Shown one piece after another: positions 62,040 to 64,000 of a stretch of 64,000 bases of DNA (the stretch's first letter is position 1; every line of letters begins with the position of its first letter). Both the position numbers and the translations under genes were made by a program. The DNA comes from Candidatus Aldehydirespirator sp. (GTDB lineage: Bacteria; Actinomycetota; Acidimicrobiia; Acidimicrobiales; Aldehydirespiratoraceae), in assembly GCA_965248735.1 (NCBI GenBank), contig OZ252146.1, positions 1,764,154 to 1,828,153 of the forward strand. The letters are read 5' to 3'. Below the pieces are notes generated by a model, which searched no databases, was not told where the DNA came from, and saw nothing but the letters and a program-made list of their open reading frames with translations.

Positions 62040-62333
62040 ATGACATCAGATTATCCGGACTCGGCTGTGTTGATGGACGGCTCCGTGCCGCTCGGCGGGG
62101 TGTACGCCAACCTCGTTCACGTCTGGCACACGGCCTTGGAGTTCACCGTGGAGTTCGCTGTCTCGCTCCCCTCTGGGCCGGACATGCCTGGCGCGGTGTG
62201 CGTGGCGTGGATGAAGGTTCCGCCGCAGGTGGCGTGGGATCTGGCGAGGCTTCTGTCCGATCACGTCGCGGAATATGAGGAAGAATATGGTAGGTTCACA
62301 CCAAGACCACCTGATGATGAAGAGTTATCATGA
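62040..62333 (+). CDS. DUF3467-family protein
   Basis: GVYANLVHVWHTALEFTVEFA matches the DUF3467 core (YANxxxVxHxxxEFxLDF) as I recall it. ATG at 62040 (or 62025). ATGA overlap with the next gene. Confidence 0.6.
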   Translation: MTSDYPDSAVLMDGSVPLGGVYANLVHVWHTALEFTVEFAVSLPSGPDMPGAVCVAWMKVPPQVAWDLARLLSDHVAEYEEEYGRFTPRPPDDEELS

Positions 62334-62557
62334 AGTTCATTCACGTACTGGGCTCCAATCGCCTTGTGTACCAATGGAATCGATCTCTTGAGCCATTCGT
62401 TCCAACCGAGGAGGACCGGAAGAAGCTCTATCGGATGGCTGAGGCCTACGACGAGGCAGAACACGAGCGCGTCGTCAGGCTCGCGTTCCCTTCGCCTCCT
62501 CCCGAATCCTCCTGTGTGTTCACGCCACGTCCGCCCGATGGGGAGGGGCAGTCATGA
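62330..62557 (+). CDS. Small hypothetical protein, paralogue a (RMAEAYDEAEHERVVRLAFP motif)
   Basis: 75 aa. Overlapping ATGA junctions on both sides. Shares a 30-aa core with the next gene. Confidence 0.5.
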   Translation: MKFIHVLGSNRLVYQWNRSLEPFVPTEEDRKKLYRMAEAYDEAEHERVVRLAFPSPPPESSCVFTPRPPDGEGQS

Positions 62558-62739
62558 GGATCGTCTTTGGCAGGCCTCCAGAGGGCTACGTGTTCGCCGT
62601 GCAAGGTTCAATCCCGCCGCCTGACCCAACCCCGGAGCAGCGAGAGAGGATGCGCCGGATGGCCGAGAACTACGACGAGGCAGAGCACGAGCGGATAGTC
62701 AGGATGGCGTTCCCGGCCCGTCCGCCCGGGTCCTCCTAG
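62554..62739 (+). CDS. Small hypothetical protein, paralogue b (RMAENYDEAEHERIVRMAFP motif)
   Basis: 61 aa. PTPEQRERMRRMAENYDEAEHERIVRMAFPARPP parallels PTEEDRKKLYRMAEAYDEAEHERVVRLAFPSPPP. Confidence 0.5.
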   Translation: MRIVFGRPPEGYVFAVQGSIPPPDPTPEQRERMRRMAENYDEAEHERIVRMAFPARPPGSS

Positions 62740-62831
62740 CCGCCGCAGTGGAATAGCGGCCCGCGGCCCGCACCCTCTCGGCGATCTCGCCGACCGCGTT
62801 CGGATGCTAGCAGTTCTGATAGCATCAAGCC

Positions 62832-63041
62832 ATGACGACGACTCGGACTACCTTCACTCTGGACGAGAAGCTGGCCGAGAGGGCCCGTCAGCTCAACATC
62901 AACATCTCGGCAGCCGCCCGCGAGGGGGTCGTCGCCGCGGTTAAGCGGGCCATGGGCGCGGCGGATCGAGCGGCGTACCAGCGATTCCCGGAGCAGCCCG
63001 ACGGCTTCTGGGACGACGCTGAAGCGTGGGGAGCCGAGTGA
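62832..63041 (+). CDS. Type II antitoxin (RHH/CcdA-like), cognate of the downstream MazF
   Basis: TFTLDEKLAERARQLNINISAAAREGVVAAV pattern. GTGA overlap with the toxin gene. Confidence 0.7.
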   Translation: MTTTRTTFTLDEKLAERARQLNINISAAAREGVVAAVKRAMGAADRAAYQRFPEQPDGFWDDAEAWGAE

Positions 63042-63346
63042 ACCGCGGCGACGTGTGGTGGGCTGAGATCGGGCGCAAGAGACGGCCAGTGCTTGTTCTC
63101 ACTCGTCCCGAAGTCATCGACGTGCGCGAGTTGGTCACAGTCGCTGAAATCACCAGCACGGTTCGGGGGCTCGCTGTTGAGGTCCCACTACCGAATTTCG
63201 TGCCCGGCCTTGCGGACGGGTCAGTGGTGAACTGCGACGGCTTGCACACGGTACGGCGCTCGTCGCTGTCAGATCGCGCCGGCGAGTTGGGTGACCGGAC
63301 GATGCGAGCTGTGTGTCGAGCCGTGACCTACGCCCTCGGCTGCTGA
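63038..63346 (+). CDS. mazF: MazF/PemK-family endoribonuclease toxin
   Basis: VNRGDVWWAEIGRKRRPVLVLT...VTVAEITSTVRGLAVEVPL...GSVVNCDGLHTV is the typical MazF SH3-like barrel pattern. Confidence 0.85.
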   Translation: MNRGDVWWAEIGRKRRPVLVLTRPEVIDVRELVTVAEITSTVRGLAVEVPLPNFVPGLADGSVVNCDGLHTVRRSSLSDRAGELGDRTMRAVCRAVTYALGC

Positions 63347-63385
63347 TCGCGCAGCTGTCAGCCGCTGCCGCGTTGCGGCTGTGCG

Positions 63386-63778
63386 TTATGGCTCGACTCG
63401 GTTGACCGTGGGGACCCTATCGATGGTTCGGTCGAACGATGCGATGTCGCCGACACTGGCGGTTTCGGCTACCGCGACCAGGTAGGCGTCGCTGAAGTCG
63501 ATCCGATGGACCTCGTAGACCTCGACAGCCCGCAGCAGCACCGTGGGATCCACGGTCTGGATGCTGGCGAACGTGATGATCGATCGGGCGAGCTCGGCCA
63601 CCCGGTCCCTGGGAACCTCGCAGAAGGACTCCAGCACATACACGACTTCGGCCAGGATCAAGTCCGGCAGTATCAGTGCCTGGGCTGCAGCGAGGTAGGC
63701 AGTGGCCCGAGCGGCCAGGTCGGGTGGGTCGCCTGTTAGGTGACGCACGAGCACATTGGTGTCCAGCAGGGCTGTCAT
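63386..63778 (-). CDS. vapC: VapC (PIN-domain) toxin
   Basis: ATG at 63778 (MTALLDTNVLVRHL). Further acidic positions (LAEVVY, FSDAYLVAVA, SFDRT). ATGA overlap with the upstream antitoxin stop. Confidence 0.85.
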   Translation of the reverse strand: MTALLDTNVLVRHLTGDPPDLAARATAYLAAAQALILPDLILAEVVYVLESFCEVPRDRVAELARSIITFASIQTVDPTVLLRAVEVYEVHRIDFSDAYLVAVAETASVGDIASFDRTIDRVPTVNRVEP

Positions 63779-64000
63779 CGAGCCCGTTGCGCCCGCCGGT
63801 CCCGGGCTGCCAGGCGCACTTCGTCCCAATCCGCGCCTCGCTTGGCCGCGGGCACCTCCACCGTGCCGGCCATCTCCAGCAGGTCGGGGGTCCGGGCCAT
63901 GATCGCCCGATGCTGCTCCACCCTGAATACCACCTGATCTCCAGTCTCCAATGCCAGCGCCTCGCGCACTGCCTTGGGAATCGTCACCTGGCCCTTCGAA
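63775..64000 (-). CDS. vapB: AbrB/SpoVT-family VapB antitoxin, 5' end cut by the window edge
   Basis: ...SKGQVTIPKAVREALALETGDQVVF swapped-hairpin motif. The reading frame is still open at 64000. Confidence 0.75.
   Translation of the reverse strand, partial: SKGQVTIPKAVREALALETGDQVVFRVEQHRAIMARTPDLLEMAGTVEVPAAKRGADWDEVRLAARDRRAQRAR

Noticed and set aside
38714-64000. Integrase, recombinase or tRNA that would define the defence island as a classical integrative element.
   Set aside because: No tyrosine or serine recombinase motif and no complete tRNA were seen in any frame of the visible part. The only mobility gene is the IS256-family transposase, and the right boundary lies outside the window.

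Overview
This is a 64-kb window of a high-GC chromosome (roughly two-thirds G+C by eye). It looks Actinomycetota-like: an F420/LLM-type enzyme, a P450, a PpgK-like ROK kinase and many VapBC/MazEF modules. The taxon is inference only.

Positions 1-38.7 kb are mostly core genes:
- an MscS channel;
- a ROK-regulated amino-sugar uptake/catabolism operon (M20 deacylase, ABC transporter, YhfX-like PLP enzyme, ROK kinase, NagB);
- an FAH hydrolase, an O-methyltransferase and an LLM oxidoreductase;
- two acyl-CoA ligases plus a P450;
- glycolate oxidase glcDEF, where glcE carries a 4 x 51-bp in-frame tandem repeat;
- a YfbK-like vWA lipoprotein whose last ~360 nt plus terminator hairpin are duplicated 9 kb downstream. 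The two copies bracket a cell-surface locus with a 2,656-aa FN3/cadherin-like/Calx-beta/PKD/3xSLH protein and decayed paralogue remnants.

From ~38.7 kb to the window end lies a mosaic, partly decayed defence/toxin-antitoxin island:
- VapBC;
- a divergent HKD (PLD-type) nuclease / PD-(D/E)xK protein pair;
- RHH fragments;
- a duplicated small-protein + HEPN pair, with the second copy hit by an IS256-family element (8-bp TSD);
- a DprA + ComF-like PRTase pair, which resembles the published DprA-PPRT defence system;
- a Druantia type III-like DruH/DruE operon, extended by a low-GC HNH gene and preceded by a frameshifted DUF4007-like gene;
- a DUF3467 + two-small-paralogue operon;
- MazEF and a second VapBC.

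I saw no rRNA, no complete tRNA and no CRISPR array. All calls come from manual reading of the sequence and the ORF track. Family names are from memory of motifs, and start codons are approximate.
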